This document shows positions 63,009-64,000 of a stretch of 64,000 nt of DNA, piece after piece (the stretch's first letter is position 1; every line of letters starts with the position of its first letter). Origin of the DNA: Vermamoeba vermiformis (taxonomy: Eukaryota); assembly GCA_045837725.1 (NCBI GenBank), contig JBEWZL010000064.1, positions 124,001 through 188,000 of the forward strand. The letters run 5' to 3'. Under the pieces are notes generated by a model, which was given only the letters and a program-made list of their open reading frames with translations, was not told where the DNA came from and ran no database searches. Position numbers and translations under genes: made by a program.

Positions 63009-64000
63009 ATGGAGCAATTAAAGCAAAGAATCGCTCAACTAGAGGCTGATAATAAGGCACGTGTACCATATCAGTTTAAAATTGAATTTCTCATTAACAT
63101 AAATTATTGTACCGCAGACGCTCACATCTGAGCTCGAGACTGAAAAATTAAAAGTGTACCAACGAGAGGTAGGCATCACCCACGATCATACTCCGTTATT
63201 TGCGTAAGCACATTATTGAGTAATATTGTATTATTTAGGATGAAATAACCGGACTCAAACTCGAAAACAAAAAGTTATTAGATCAGTACGACGCACTCAA
63301 ACAACGGTTAACGCCGAATCAAGCCGTCGATCAAGAGAAAATAGAGGCACTATATGATACAATAAAGCAGCACAAAGAGGTAAGATCCGTACATGCGTTG
63401 TACCTACTCGTATTAATTATATTCGCAGACAATTGAAAGACAGCGCCGAGAATTAGATTTGTGGCGCGAATATTCAGAAAAAGACAAAAAGGCACGTAGA
63501 CAAGCGATACTACTGAATAATTGAATGCACGTGCTAACGAGATCTTGCAGCCCAAGTCAGACTGGGTGAAGAAGGTCTCCAATCTGCACAACAAATCAGA
63601 CCCGACGCGCCGTCCTTCATTCGGCAGTGCAGCGAACAGTCCCCTCGCCACGAGCAGCAGCAGCGTGACGAGTGAGGGGGTGGAGGGCGAGTCAGATCTG
63701 GCCAGCAGTCCCGAGCCCTCACCGCACTCGGAGATCAGCAACAGACTCGAACACCTCATCTCACCGCGCAGACAGCCCCTGCCTGGCTTGACTGGGGCAC
63801 TCTCTTCACCCGCACTCGGCAAGAAACCCTTGCCCCTGCCCCCTGCCGCGCAGAAGAGGACACTGGCTAGCTCTGGCTCGCACGGCAACATGAGTCAGAG
63901 TGTGGGTCCGAGTGTTGGTGGTCAGAGTGTTGGTGGTCAGAGTGTGAGTGGTCAGGGCAGTCCGAGCATGAGTCACAGTCCCCTGCCGACCACTCACCCC
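63009..64000 (+). CDS. Coiled-coil plus S/P-rich protein, 5' part (continues off the right edge)
   Basis: Spliced MEQLKQRIAQLEADNK|TLTSELETEKLKVYQRE|DEITGLKLENKK...|PKSDWVKKVSNL..., open to the window end, with SVGGQ repeats at ~63896-63957. Confidence 0.7.

Noticed and set aside
63896-63957. 15-bp tandem repeat (agtgttggtggtcag)
   Set aside because: An ordinary coding low-complexity repeat (SVGGQ).
1-64000. Alternative genetic code, stop readthrough or selenocysteine
   Set aside because: In the genes I traced, every apparent in-frame stop is explained by a short intron; TAA, TAG and TGA all serve as terminators.

Overview
Gene-dense eukaryotic (protist, probably amoebozoan; inferred) DNA with about 34 intron-containing protein genes on both strands, ~45-60 nt introns and intergenic gaps often under 200 bp. 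Recognisable genes: Piezo (5' part), DD3-3, Njmu-R1/C17orf75, ASCC3, XPC/Rad4, Dre2, GST-theta, a Dbp2-like helicase, SAR1, LYS1, EED, TRM112, NUP50, SPCS2, ATG1, mL43, DPH6, GTF3C6, MECR, SMAP-type ArfGAP, POLA2, bL28m, Cactin, Aim32/Apd1, LSM6, ARMC8, WDR18 and IBA57. There is also a kinase pseudogene fragment and a ~2.7 kb CpG-decayed repeat island (42.15-44.83 kb). The most unusual signal is a hyper-abundant palindrome family (core CACGTG, extended TGACACGTGTCA and GTCACGTGAC). It fills exons and introns of some genes, shapes their protein sequence and overlaps several GC-AG splice donors (GCACGT), much like cyanobacterial HIP1 but in a eukaryote. Also notable: a probable transcription factor with repeated STAT/CudA-like DNA-binding modules, and a position-dependent AT-rich patch downstream of gene starts. 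Gene models were spliced by eye, family calls rest on recalled motifs, and all counts are manual; no searches were run.
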